Positions 1-9,170 of a stretch of DNA of 32,000 nt are shown here, piece by piece. The DNA lies in NCBI GenBank assembly GCA_965230905.1, contig OZ246396.1:480001-512000 (forward strand). Reading direction: 5' to 3'. The translations under genes were made by a program, and so were the position numbers. Source of the stretch: Candidatus Saccharimonadota bacterium. GTDB lineage: Bacteria > Patescibacteriota > Gracilibacteria > UBA1369 > 2-02-FULL-48-14. A model generated the notes under the pieces. It worked only from the letters and a program-made list of their open reading frames with translations, had not been told where the DNA came from and ran no database searches. Each line of letters starts with the position of its first letter. Position 1 is the first letter of the stretch.

Positions 1-58
1 AAATGTGAATTCAAAGCTGGTTCTGGAAAATCTTTTACTTTCTTTTGCACCCTAAATT

Positions 59-841
59 ATGTTCGCTTGGATACTGCTCATTGCTTCTGCTCTTGGACTC
101 TTGATGGTTTTTGTGCGCCGACTCAAAATGACCCGCAAGGACCTCATGTTCCAGGAAACCCTGGTGGAGGAAATGGCGGAGGAAGCCATGGAAGAGGGGC
201 TTGCGGAGCTTGAACAGGAGCAAACTGGGCTTCGCCCAGGGGAAGACAGCGAAGCGAAGGCAGAACTGCTGGGAACCGTGCGCAAAACTTTTTTGAAGGC
301 CGACACGCATTTGAGTCGCAATGAATTCGAGGAAGCCTTGCCGCTGCTTTTGGCGGTGATTGAAGCGGAGCCGGATCATTTGGAAGCGCACCACAAATTG
401 GGTCTCAGCTTTATGAAGCGGGGGGATTTCCCGCAGGCGGAACTCTATTTCTCCAAGCTCGTGAATTTGAAACAAGATCCAGTTTTCTTCAGCAACTTGG
501 GAGCCGCGCTGTACCAACAACAACGTCTGGTGGAAGCCGCTGAGGCTTACGAAAACGCCATTGCCCTGGACGACAAGCGCGGCGAACGTCTGCAGAGCCT
601 GGGACAGGTGTATTACGAACTCGGCGAGGACGACAAGGCCCTGCATTATTTTGAACGCGCCGCGCGCCGTAAGCCGAAAGACATCGACCTTAAATTGATT
701 TTGGTGGATTACTACGAACGGCTCGTGCGTTTGGACGAAGCCATTGAAACGCTGGAAGGCATTTTGGAACTCGACCCATACAACGATGAAGTGAAGAAGC
801 GTCTGCGCTTACTGAAGAAAAAAGCCGGAGAAAATGTATAG
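59..841 (+). CDS. Membrane-anchored TPR-repeat protein
   Basis: 260-aa ORF. N-terminal hydrophobic helix (WILLIASALGLLMVFV) followed by TPR-like 34-aa units, e.g. AHHKLGLSFMKRGDFPQAELYFSKLVNL and LGQVYYELGEDDKALHYFERAARRKP. Confidence 0.7.
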   Translation: MFAWILLIASALGLLMVFVRRLKMTRKDLMFQETLVEEMAEEAMEEGLAELEQEQTGLRPGEDSEAKAELLGTVRKTFLKADTHLSRNEFEEALPLLLAVIEAEPDHLEAHHKLGLSFMKRGDFPQAELYFSKLVNLKQDPVFFSNLGAALYQQQRLVEAAEAYENAIALDDKRGERLQSLGQVYYELGEDDKALHYFERAARRKPKDIDLKLILVDYYERLVRLDEAIETLEGILELDPYNDEVKKRLRLLKKKAGENV

Positions 842-1279
842 TTACTGCGGCACTTTGATCTTCTTCCTTCCTTCAGGCCAAATGGCTTGAAAATGTTTAT
901 TATTAAAGGTTAGTAGCAAATCCACTTTTGCCTTTTCTGCAGCCTCAACTATTAGCGCATCGTAAATCATTCCACCCGTCAGTTCTGCCGCCTCCATCCC
1001 ATCCAAAACTCTTAAATAGTCTTTTGTATTTAAATCTACAAACTGAGCGTGCTTTTCCACATTTTCTATAATGAGTTTCCTGGCTATAGCTGGGGAGAGG
1101 GAGGGGCTCACAGGCAGCTTAGTCAGCACGGCAAAAAGTTCTGCCAAGGTATGATTGCTCACATAAAACTTAATTTGTTTTTTCAAAGCTTTACTGAGCC
1201 AAGGATAAGCCTGTTCATGGTGAGGATGCTTTTGTATAAAAGCCGCGATGAGTACGGACGTGTCGAACAGTACTTTCAT
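842..1279 (-). CDS. vapC: PIN-domain ribonuclease toxin (VapC-like)
   Basis: 145 aa. N-terminal MKVLFDTSVLI (PIN acidic Asp motif) and later IYDALIVEAA. There is a 4-nt overlap with the upstream small AbrB-type gene. Confidence 0.75.
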   Translation of the reverse strand: MKVLFDTSVLIAAFIQKHPHHEQAYPWLSKALKKQIKFYVSNHTLAELFAVLTKLPVSPSLSPAIARKLIIENVEKHAQFVDLNTKDYLRVLDGMEAAELTGGMIYDALIVEAAEKAKVDLLLTFNNKHFQAIWPEGRKKIKVPQ

Positions 1280-1536
1280 AGAGAAGCGCTTAAATCCTCG
1301 ATGCGGTCGACTCGGCTTCGTTCCACGGCATATTCCAAATCAAAGTCTTCCCCTTCACCTGTGTAAACCAGTACTTCGCCTTTTCTCTTCAATACTGGTT
1401 CTTGCTGAGTTGGCTCAAGGAGCAATCCCTCTTTTATTTGGATAATTCTAATAGAAGCACCATCCCCGAGCCGAAGCGCTTTTCTGAGACTTTTAGGGAT
1501 GACTACCCTTCCGAACTTATCTACTCTAGTGTTCAT
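1276..1536 (-). CDS. vapB: AbrB/SpoVT/MazE-type antitoxin (VapB-like)
   Basis: MNTRVDKFGRVVIPKSLRKALRL is a classic SpoVT-AbrB swapped-hairpin signature. I start it at the internal ATG (1536) rather than the ORF-track start (1587), which would overlap the next gene. Confidence 0.7.
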   Translation of the reverse strand: MNTRVDKFGRVVIPKSLRKALRLGDGASIRIIQIKEGLLLEPTQQEPVLKRKGEVLVYTGEGEDFDLEYAVERSRVDRIEDLSASL

Positions 1537-1579
1537 AATTGCCATTATATCATGGCAATTGCCAAAAATAAATGGCAAA

Positions 1580-2416
1580 TTAATCACTCAGCACCAGTAT
1601 CGCCCTCTCGCCGGTCTCTACCGTGCTCTTGGAACCTGTCCAGTCATGGAGGGCGTTTTGTATGGTCTCGTAGGAATAGACATAGGAATCGCCGCTGCTC
1701 ACTCCGGGGTCGTGCGTAATGAAGCCTTGGTCGTTGAATCCAATGATCACAATCATGTGGTAGGGCGGAGCTGGGTTGCCGTAACCGGGGTTGTCCAAAA
1801 TATTTCCGGCAACGGGAATGATGATGGGGTAGCCCGCACTGAGCAGAGCTTTCATATTTTCTGTGGTCACTTCGTCACCTGTGTAGACCGTGGCCGTGAG
1901 ACTGTAAAAGTCTTCCGCCACGGCGCCTGCTTGCGCCGCGCCAATGTCTATGCCGTAACCGTGTTCTTCCACCCATGCGGCGAGTTCCACAATCTCGCTG
2001 TCGGCATTTTTTTGGCCAAGGTCAACTCCCGTGAGGTACGCGTTCACCATAATAAGAGCGGCTTCTTCACAGGCTTCTTGGTAGGGCATGCTCCAGTTTC
2101 CATAAGGAGCTTGTGAGGTGAAGGGCACCGAGAGGGTGAGCTGGGTGGGTGCTTTTTCTTCCACCTCTCCATCTTCCAGATATTGAATGGTGCGTTCGAT
2201 TATCACGGCGAGTTCAGCGCGGTTCACGTAGTCATCTGGTTGGTAGCTGCCATCCGGGTTGCCTTGAAGAATGTTCTTGTCTTGCAGGCTTTCCACGGCC
2301 GGGGCGTACCAGGCATTTTCTGGTATGTCCCAAAAGGTGTTGGCAGCAAAAACCAGCATCGTGGTGCTGAGCAGAAGCATCACTGAGAAAAGAGTGGCGA
2401 GAGTGAATCGTTTCAT
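1580..2416 (-). CDS. Secreted SLH-domain protein with peptidase C39-like (C39_2) domain
   Basis: Signal peptide MKRFTLATLFSVMLLLSTTMLVFA|AN. SLH-like segment FWDIPENAWYAPAVESLQDKNILQGNPDGSYQPDDYVNRAELAVII. C39_2-like core PFTSQAPYGNWSMPYQEACEEAALIM ... PPYHMIVIIGFND (Cys/His). Start trimmed to the ATG at 2416. Confidence 0.6.
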   Translation of the reverse strand: MKRFTLATLFSVMLLLSTTMLVFAANTFWDIPENAWYAPAVESLQDKNILQGNPDGSYQPDDYVNRAELAVIIERTIQYLEDGEVEEKAPTQLTLSVPFTSQAPYGNWSMPYQEACEEAALIMVNAYLTGVDLGQKNADSEIVELAAWVEEHGYGIDIGAAQAGAVAEDFYSLTATVYTGDEVTTENMKALLSAGYPIIIPVAGNILDNPGYGNPAPPYHMIVIIGFNDQGFITHDPGVSSGDSYVYSYETIQNALHDWTGSKSTVETGERAILVLSD

Positions 2417-2438
2417 ACTAAGTAAGACGCAGAAAGGA

Positions 2439-4253
2439 CTAGTTTGTTTCACCAATTTCTTCCGCCTCCTCTCCAGCGCCCTCGGTGTACTTGGCGGGGC
2501 GGGCTTCGTAGTCGCTGTGGATGTTTTCGCGCACGCCGTTTGCGGCAGCGGCGTAGGAGCTCACATAGGCGCCTTCAGCTAGTTCTTCTTCCGTGGGGAT
2601 GAGGTACGTTACGGTGCGGTACCAGTCCACTTTGAATCCAGTGTGACCGTATGCTTCCAGCACGCGCACGCCGGCAGCGAGTTCATCGGTGTAGGAGGTC
2701 ACGGCGGCGGGTGGGTTTGTGTAACCGTAGGTGTAGGGGCCTTCCATTTTCACGGTGCGGCCGTCGTAGGTTCCGTATAAAACGAAGTACGCATCGAAGC
2801 CGTCGGTGTAGCCCTGGATGAGCAAGTCACCGGGCGTGTCGTTCATGAATTTTAAGTTGGGATTGGGGTCGTACACAGTGGCGTCCAGTCCGTAACCGTA
2901 AGGTGCCGCATAATAGGACACCGCGTAGGAATGGTTTTTACGCTGAGTGATTGGGAGGCCGCTGTAGAGCGCCGCGCGGAACATGGTGGAAGAAACTTGG
3001 CAGAGTCCGCCGCCGTATTCAGGAATCGTTTCGTCACCTTTGATCACCAGTTCGGGGAGCCAACCGTTAGCGGCGTCGATGGGCCCCATTAAATCGGTGA
3101 AAGAAAATTCCGTGCCCTGTTCAATGATCACCCCATTGAATTGCTCAAAACCACGATTCACATTGGCGATACGGTTCGCTGGAGAAGTGTTGTACGTGGA
3201 ATAACCCACTCCCACCAGTTCGGTGATGCCGCGTTCACGCAGGCTGTCGGACACGGTGACTTGGGGCTCGGTTTTGGCCACAGGGATTTCCAGGACGGCC
3301 TCGCTCGGCTCGGCCATGAGCATGCCCGTGATGGATGCCATGAGATCGGTTTTATTGATGGTCACGCCAAAGCGCGCACTGCCTTCAAAACTGATCGTGC
3401 CGTCTTCATTTTCAGTGATGATTGCGGGAGAGGGTTCGGCTTCCACTTCAGGCACGAGATCCGTTTCCACGTAAGTGATGAACTTTGTTTCGTCGATTTG
3501 CCAAGCGTCTCCAACGGGGCGAATCCAGTCTAGGTGCTCTGCCATGGTGAGCCCCCACGTATTGCCGAATTCATCCTGCAGCGTGAGCGCTCGGCTCGCC
3601 AAAGTTTCTACCGTGGGAATCAGCGTTTCCAAATCTGTATCGCGGATTTCGGGTTCTTTCACGCGGAGGGGGAGTTCATCGCTTCCAGGCACCGTGAAAT
3701 CGTCTTCCCAATAATTTTGAATTTGTTCCGTGAGCGCTTCGAGGTCGATGCCGTAACCGATTTGTTCAGGCACAATCACGACCTGTCCATTTTCAAAGCC
3801 GTATTCAGGTTCTTTCATTCCTTGCTCGATTCTACTTTCAGCAAAAGCGAGTTTGAGTTTTTCGCTGTCCACGGTGACTTCCGTTTTAAGGGAATTTCCA
3901 AAAATATAAACGGTGAGCTTCTCCAGGGCGCCCGCGTTTTCGTTGAAGTTCAGCAAGTAGTCCACCGCCTCATTGGTCTGGGCGTCGACGCCCAAATTTT
4001 GCAGCGTGGTTGTCACATTTCCGCGCTCGGACGTGAGCTCCACTTCCTTGAGTAAAAAGGCGTCTTCTTGCACTTGGAGCGCCAGTGCCGCTTCCGCAAA
4101 AGTGCTTTGAGTGAACTCCATTTGGGGGAGGCTCATGCGCTGCACAAAAACGGATTCCGGTTGTTTGACAATAGAGTAGCCGCCGGCCACTAAAGAAAGT
4201 GCGGCTGCGGAAATCAAGCCTACGATAAGAATCTGACGCTGTGATTTATTCAT
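2439..4253 (-). CDS. VanW-family cell-envelope protein
   Basis: 604 aa with an N-terminal TM anchor. VanW domain signature near the C-terminal third: GGGLCQVSSTMFRAALYSGLPITQRKNHSYAVSYY. Confidence 0.75.
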   Translation of the reverse strand: MNKSQRQILIVGLISAAALSLVAGGYSIVKQPESVFVQRMSLPQMEFTQSTFAEAALALQVQEDAFLLKEVELTSERGNVTTTLQNLGVDAQTNEAVDYLLNFNENAGALEKLTVYIFGNSLKTEVTVDSEKLKLAFAESRIEQGMKEPEYGFENGQVVIVPEQIGYGIDLEALTEQIQNYWEDDFTVPGSDELPLRVKEPEIRDTDLETLIPTVETLASRALTLQDEFGNTWGLTMAEHLDWIRPVGDAWQIDETKFITYVETDLVPEVEAEPSPAIITENEDGTISFEGSARFGVTINKTDLMASITGMLMAEPSEAVLEIPVAKTEPQVTVSDSLRERGITELVGVGYSTYNTSPANRIANVNRGFEQFNGVIIEQGTEFSFTDLMGPIDAANGWLPELVIKGDETIPEYGGGLCQVSSTMFRAALYSGLPITQRKNHSYAVSYYAAPYGYGLDATVYDPNPNLKFMNDTPGDLLIQGYTDGFDAYFVLYGTYDGRTVKMEGPYTYGYTNPPAAVTSYTDELAAGVRVLEAYGHTGFKVDWYRTVTYLIPTEEELAEGAYVSSYAAAANGVRENIHSDYEARPAKYTEGAGEEAEEIGETN

Positions 4254-4572
4254 GATTTATATTAGCAGACCCTTTGGATCCACTTTGAGGAAGGGTTTCC
4301 ATTTCATTTGGAATGGCCTTCATGTCTTCTGTTGAAGTTTTCTTTGATTTCTTGAGCATGCGCTGAAAAAGTTTCTTTGCTACTTTGAAAAGTCCGGTTC
4401 CTGTTTCTTTTGCCAGATTGCCTGCCTCTAACCCTTTGTCTTTGAGGATTTCCCGTGTGTCTTTTCCTTTTTTAGGTGCGAATCCCATGCCCAGAGCAGA
4501 TCCAATGGCCGTGCCAATGATGGCTCCCATTATCACGTTGTCCATTACGGACTTTTTTTTGTCTTCGGACAT
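4246..4572 (-). CDS. YtxH-like small membrane-associated protein
   Basis: 108 aa. Gly/Ala-rich helix GAIIGTAIGSALGMGFAPKKGKDTRE is typical of YtxH. It overlaps the vanW-like start by 8 nt. Confidence 0.6.
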   Translation of the reverse strand: MSEDKKKSVMDNVIMGAIIGTAIGSALGMGFAPKKGKDTREILKDKGLEAGNLAKETGTGLFKVAKKLFQRMLKKSKKTSTEDMKAIPNEMETLPQSGSKGSANINHE

Positions 4573-4584
4573 AGAATGCGGTGG

Positions 4585-6138
4585 TTATTTACGAGTCGGC
4601 TTGTTATGCAACTCGCGCGCGTAGTCAACTGACTTCGTCACACGGATTAAGTTTACCTTGATTACTCCTGGAAATGCAACCTCGGCCTCTATTTTGTCGG
4701 CCATGTCTTCGGCGAGCTTTTGCATGGCTGCGTCGGTGATGCGGTCGCGGTCCACGCTCACGCGCAGTTCACGGCCGGCAGAAATGGCGAATACTTTTTG
4801 CACACCGCTGAAGGAAAGCACCGCGTCTTCAAGTTTTTGAATGCGTTCGAAATAGTTGTTTACGGACTCCTGACGAGCCCCGGGGCGGCCGCCGGAAAGG
4901 GCGTCCACGGCCTTCACAATAAAGTCTTCCGGCGACACGCAGGGCACCTTGTCGTGATGAGCAAAGGCGGCGTGCACAATGCGTGGGTCGTAGTTGAAAC
5001 GTTCTAGAATTTCCTTCGAGAGATCGTCGTGTGCGCCGCCCACATCGTGGTCGATGGCTTTTCCAATATCGTGGTAAAAAGCGGCCTGCATGGCGATGCT
5101 GGAATCGGTTCCAATGGAGTCCGCAATCATGCGCGCCGCGAAGGCCATTTCGTTGGAGTGGCCGGTCACGTTTTGTCCGTAACTGGTTCGCAGGTAAAGG
5201 CGTCCCACGTAGTTCACGAGTTCAGCGGGTGTGGCTTTGGGGTCCAGCCCAAGCAGCTTGAGAGACTCGGCTCCCTTTTGGTCGCAGAGGGCCATGATTT
5301 CTTTATCGGCTTCGTCCACGGCTTGCTTAATCATTTCGTGGTCGAGGCTGCCTTTTTTCTTCACCCAGGTTTGCATTTTTTCGATGGCGCGCTTGGCGAT
5401 GTTTCGGCGAATGAGATTCACGCCGCCCACGTGAATGGTTTCGGCGTCTCCCAAATTGAAGATGATGGAAACGGGGAGCAGGCTTTCGAAATACTGCACA
5501 TTGCTTCCATTTTTCCCTACGAGTAGCCCTTTGAATTTGTCGTCCTTCACGGTGACAGAGGTATTATTTTTGTCCACAGAGCTGGTCACGCCGAGGCGTT
5601 GAATTACCACCTGCAAAATGGACTTGGCGTGGCGCTGTGCGTCTTCTTCCAAATCTTCGATGGCTTGTTTATTGCGGGCTTCGGCGTTGGTTTGAATGAG
5701 CGTATCTAGGTTGGCGCGCGCTTCTTCGAGGGCTTGCTCCGGTGTGAGTTTACCGCGCTTGCTGAGCTCGGCGATGGTTTCTTGAGTGACGCGGTCTTCG
5801 TCTTCGGCGAGTTTCTTGAGCTCGGCACGCAGTTGCTGCACCTGTTCTTCGCCGGCTTTGTTGCGTTCTTCACGGCGTTTTAAAATATCTTCTTTTTGCT
5901 CGATGAGTTTTTCGGATTTCTCAAAACTTTCCTCCATGCTGCGTTCCTCGGATTCCAAGGCTTTTTGCATGGCCTCGATGCGGTCTTTGTTTTCTTCACG
6001 TAGACGGTGTGCTTCTTTTTCGGCTTCGCTGAGGAGTTTTCCTGGCTTTGCAGGGTCGAAATCGAGTTCGTTTTTCATCAAGAAAAATGCGGCGGCCCCG
6101 CCAGCTCCCAGTCCAATCAGTAAAAATAGAATTTCCAT
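4585..6138 (-). CDS. rny: Ribonuclease Y
   Basis: 517 aa. N-terminal TM helix, long Glu/Lys coiled coil, KH region (LLVGKNGSNVQYFESL) and HD domain (FYHDIGKAIDHDVGGAHDDLS). This is the canonical RNase Y architecture. Confidence 0.9.
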   Translation of the reverse strand: MEILFLLIGLGAGGAAAFFLMKNELDFDPAKPGKLLSEAEKEAHRLREENKDRIEAMQKALESEERSMEESFEKSEKLIEQKEDILKRREERNKAGEEQVQQLRAELKKLAEDEDRVTQETIAELSKRGKLTPEQALEEARANLDTLIQTNAEARNKQAIEDLEEDAQRHAKSILQVVIQRLGVTSSVDKNNTSVTVKDDKFKGLLVGKNGSNVQYFESLLPVSIIFNLGDAETIHVGGVNLIRRNIAKRAIEKMQTWVKKKGSLDHEMIKQAVDEADKEIMALCDQKGAESLKLLGLDPKATPAELVNYVGRLYLRTSYGQNVTGHSNEMAFAARMIADSIGTDSSIAMQAAFYHDIGKAIDHDVGGAHDDLSKEILERFNYDPRIVHAAFAHHDKVPCVSPEDFIVKAVDALSGGRPGARQESVNNYFERIQKLEDAVLSFSGVQKVFAISAGRELRVSVDRDRITDAAMQKLAEDMADKIEAEVAFPGVIKVNLIRVTKSVDYARELHNKPTRK

Positions 6139-6179
6139 AGCTGGACCATTCTAGTCATTCTGGAGCTATTTTTCAATCT

Positions 6180-6548
6180 TTATGTTCTTCGAGGTCCCGA
6201 CCGTGTGAAAAGAGATCTTACGTCCCCTGTTTTTCTCAGTCTTTTTTCAAAATCTACTGTGGCAGCTCTTATGAGCGGGTGAGGGTTTTTTGTGTGGAAA
6301 GCAGGGATTTCGCCTGTTCGAATGTCTTCCGCCACAAGGCGCACACACCTCAGACCGGCGCCGGTAACCAAAAGTTCGCCTTGGCTGGTTTGAACCGTGG
6401 TTCCTATACGAAGGGAGAATTGCAAAAGTTCGGGCAGCTGATAGTAGTCGCCGACTTGCCTACAGTTGGCTAAATCCACTTGAAAGGATTGAGTTTCAAC
6501 TGACTGAGTGTCGTCTGTGCTCGCTGGAGTTTTCCCTTCGATATTCAT
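6180..6548 (-). CDS. Hypothetical protein
   Basis: 122-aa ORF filling the gap between the desulfurase gene and rny on the same strand. No motif recognised. Confidence 0.4.
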   Translation of the reverse strand: MNIEGKTPASTDDTQSVETQSFQVDLANCRQVGDYYQLPELLQFSLRIGTTVQTSQGELLVTGAGLRCVRLVAEDIRTGEIPAFHTKNPHPLIRAATVDFEKRLRKTGDVRSLFTRSGPRRT

Positions 6549-6572
6549 GACCAGGCAAATTAAGCCTGAGTA

Positions 6573-7703
6573 TCATACTCTATTCAGGCTTTTTGTCAAT
6601 AGACTGAGGGCGGTTTCAATTTCTTCCTGTGTGGTGCCGCGGCCGAGGGTGAGGCGCAGGGATTCGCCGGCTTCCTTGGGGCTCTGGCCCATGGCCAGGA
6701 GCACGTGCGAGGCTTCCGTTTTACCGGAGGAACAGGCCGAGCCACTGGAAGTGGCGAGGCCTTCTATGTCTAGGCGCATGACCAGCGTTTCGCCGCTGAG
6801 GCCGGGCGTATGAATATTGATGTTGTTTTCGAGGCGTTTTTCGGCGGAGCCGTTGAGCGTGATGCCGGGGATTTTTAGGAGTTCGGCGAGCAGGGAATCA
6901 CGAAGGGCGCCGATGCGCGCGGCTTCTTGCTTGCTATCTTTCATGGTGAGCTCCAGGGCTTTTGCAAAACCCACAATCAGCGCCGGGTTTTCGGTTCCAC
7001 CGCGCATGCGGAACTCCTGGCCACCGCCCAAAATAAGTGGCGTGATTTGCACGCCTTCGCGCACATACAAAAGACCAACTCCTTTGGGGCCGTAGATTTT
7101 GCTGCCGTTGAGACTGAGTAGGTCCACGCCGAGGTAGTCCACATCCATGTTGAGGAAGCCGGGGGCTTGGCAGGCGTCCGTGTGGAACAAAATTCCGCGG
7201 TCCCGGCAGAGCTTGGCTACTTTTTTGATGGGCTGAATGGTTCCCACTTCGTTGTTGGCGTACATAAGGCTCACCAAAACAGTGTCTTCACGCAGCGCCG
7301 CTTCCACGTCCTCTGGCTTCACGATGCCATCCGGGCCGGGCTTTATTTCCGTGAGTTCGAATCCAAAATTGTCGCGCAAATACCGGGCGGGTTCTAAAAC
7401 AGCCGGGTGTTCAATGGCGCTGACGATAATATGCTTGCCTCGATCTTGCCGCGAAAAGGCGGCGCCATAGATTGCAGTGTTGCAGCTCTCGGTTCCGCTG
7501 CCGGTGAAAATAATTTCGTGCGGCGAGAATGCGCCGAGCAGTCCCATGACGGTGTTGCGAGAATCATCGATGGCGCGGCGCGCGCGCTGGCCATATTGGT
7601 GAATGGACGATGCGTTCCCAAATTCTTCCGTTAAATACGGCATCATGGCCTCGAGCACGCGAGGATCGAGCGGCGTCGTTGCGCTGTAGTCCAAATAAAT
7701 CAT
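6573..7703 (-). CDS. nifS: Cysteine desulfurase (NifS/IscS, class V aminotransferase)
   Basis: MIYLDYSATTP start. PLP-lysine context SLNGSKIYGPKGVG. Active-site loop SSGSACSSG. Confidence 0.9.
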   Translation of the reverse strand: MIYLDYSATTPLDPRVLEAMMPYLTEEFGNASSIHQYGQRARRAIDDSRNTVMGLLGAFSPHEIIFTGSGTESCNTAIYGAAFSRQDRGKHIIVSAIEHPAVLEPARYLRDNFGFELTEIKPGPDGIVKPEDVEAALREDTVLVSLMYANNEVGTIQPIKKVAKLCRDRGILFHTDACQAPGFLNMDVDYLGVDLLSLNGSKIYGPKGVGLLYVREGVQITPLILGGGQEFRMRGGTENPALIVGFAKALELTMKDSKQEAARIGALRDSLLAELLKIPGITLNGSAEKRLENNINIHTPGLSGETLVMRLDIEGLATSSGSACSSGKTEASHVLLAMGQSPKEAGESLRLTLGRGTTQEEIETALSLLTKSLNRV

Positions 7704-7705
7704 GC

Positions 7706-8122
7706 TTATTGCTTAGCAAACTCTTCGAGTTCGCTTACCACTTCGGCGTTTAATCCCAACTCCGCGTTAAAGGTTTTGAGCTCACGGATGCTGCGTTGAC
7801 GACGAGGCGGTTCCCGCATGCGGTCGAAATGTTTGCTGAGACGTTGTTCCAGTTTTTGCATAGCGAAATCCAGCGCTTCCGTGATGGTGTGTTTGGTTTC
7901 CTCCGCCATCAGACGCTTGCGGGGAATCTCCAGAAGGAGATCGAACGCGAAGGCCGTGTGCTTTTCGTGCTTTTGAATTTCGGCAAAAATATGCACCGCA
8001 TCCGAGTCGGGATAGTGCGCTTCAATCACCGTAGAAATCGCATCCAGCTTCTTTTCCAAATAGCTCTCGAACTGCTCGCGCTCCGGCTCCGTGAGGTTCT
8101 TTATCCTTTTGTGTACGCGCAT
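7706..8122 (-). CDS. hpf: Ribosome hibernation/S30EA-family factor (HPF/RaiA-like)
   Basis: From the internal ATG at 8122: MRVHKRIKNLTEPEREQFESYLEKKLDAI...HTITEALDFAMQKLEQRLSKH matches the HPF/RaiA pattern. The upstream 60 codons of the track ORF overlap the next gene and are Pro/Arg-rich junk. Confidence 0.7.
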   Translation of the reverse strand: MRVHKRIKNLTEPEREQFESYLEKKLDAISTVIEAHYPDSDAVHIFAEIQKHEKHTAFAFDLLLEIPRKRLMAEETKHTITEALDFAMQKLEQRLSKHFDRMREPPRRQRSIRELKTFNAELGLNAEVVSELEEFAKQ

Positions 8123-8139
8123 GGTGAAGGGGTTAAAAG

Positions 8140-8643
8140 CTAGGGGATCATTGTAGCACTCCACAGTATTTCTGGCACGCCGTTCTTCAAATTTGCCTGA
8201 CGGCCCAGCAAAAATAAATAATCGGAAAGGCGATTGAGGTAGGGCAGGGCGTCTGCCGGTAAGGGCGTGAGGATGGAAAGGTGGCGTTCCGCTCGGCGGC
8301 AAACCGCCCGGGCCAGGTGCAAGCGCGCGGCGGCGGGATGGCCGCCCGGGAGAATAAAATTGTGCAGGGGCGGGAGCGTGGGCTCTAAAATTTCCACTTC
8401 TTTTTCGAGCGCGGCGAGGGCGGCGGTCATGTTTCCGGCGCCGTCCGGATTTCCCACTAGCGCACCCAGTTCAAACAAGTCGCGTTGGAGCTTTTGAATT
8501 TCGGGCGCTTGCAAAAATCCGAGCTGCGAAGAAAGTTCATCAATGTCCCCGAGCGCTTCCATGCGCGGGTCGGACTTTTTGACGCGCTCTCCATTGTAAA
8601 GACCCGTTTCCCCCTTGTCGCCGGTTTTAGTAACGATGCTCAT
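8140..8643 (-). CDS. pduO: ATP:cob(I)alamin adenosyltransferase, PduO type
   Basis: MSIVTKTGDKGETGLYNGERVKKSDPRMEALGDIDELSSQLG is the hallmark N-terminus. Also LPGGHPAAARLHLARAVCRRAER. Confidence 0.85.
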   Translation of the reverse strand: MSIVTKTGDKGETGLYNGERVKKSDPRMEALGDIDELSSQLGFLQAPEIQKLQRDLFELGALVGNPDGAGNMTAALAALEKEVEILEPTLPPLHNFILPGGHPAAARLHLARAVCRRAERHLSILTPLPADALPYLNRLSDYLFLLGRQANLKNGVPEILWSATMIP

Positions 8644-8762
8644 GGCCTGATTGTATCACTCCCGGGAGTGAACGCTACAATGATTCGCCTTTTCTGCAAG
8701 CCATCCGCTCTTTGCAAGCGGCGCACATTTGCTAAGCTGGCGTCACTTTAACTTTCAGACCC

Positions 8763-9167
8763 ATGTCCGACGCAATCATTCAAGAAAAAATCAAGATTCT
8801 TCAAGAAAAAGCTCAAGAGCTCAAGGAGATTAAAAGCCTCATGAAGGACATCGAAGACGACATTCCAATGGAGCTGGAAGACCTCAACATTCAACTCAAG
8901 GATTTGAAAAAACAGGCGAAGGAACGAAAGGACGAGCACATGAAAACCATTTTGGACGAGAGTTTGGAATACAGCGAGTACCGCGAAAAAGTTCAGCTGG
9001 CTAAGGAAGAAATCGCCAAAGCAAAACTCGAACTCTTCACCATGGCGGCCAACCAAACTCGTGAACACGGAGATTTGGATCAAACCGTGATTGTGGAAGG
9101 CGCACCTTTCCGACTTCAAACGCAAAAAGAAGTGGCGGTGTACCTAAATGGGAAGGTGATTAAATAG
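8763..9167 (+). CDS. Hypothetical coiled-coil protein
   Basis: 134 aa, Glu/Lys-rich heptad-like sequence. No family recognised. Confidence 0.5.
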   Translation: MSDAIIQEKIKILQEKAQELKEIKSLMKDIEDDIPMELEDLNIQLKDLKKQAKERKDEHMKTILDESLEYSEYREKVQLAKEEIAKAKLELFTMAANQTREHGDLDQTVIVEGAPFRLQTQKEVAVYLNGKVIK

Positions 9168-9170
9168 CTC

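Noticed and set aside
35-646. 203-aa minus-strand ORF (and 52-321) opposite the TPR gene
   Set aside because: It is a shadow ORF antisense to a CDS with clear TPR repeats. Its sequence is low-complexity with no motifs.
8123-8302. N-terminal 60-codon extension of the HPF-like ORF (track start 8302)
   Set aside because: It overlaps the 3' part of the adenosyltransferase gene and is Pro/Arg-rich with no homology signal. The HPF-like homology begins at the internal ATG at 8122.
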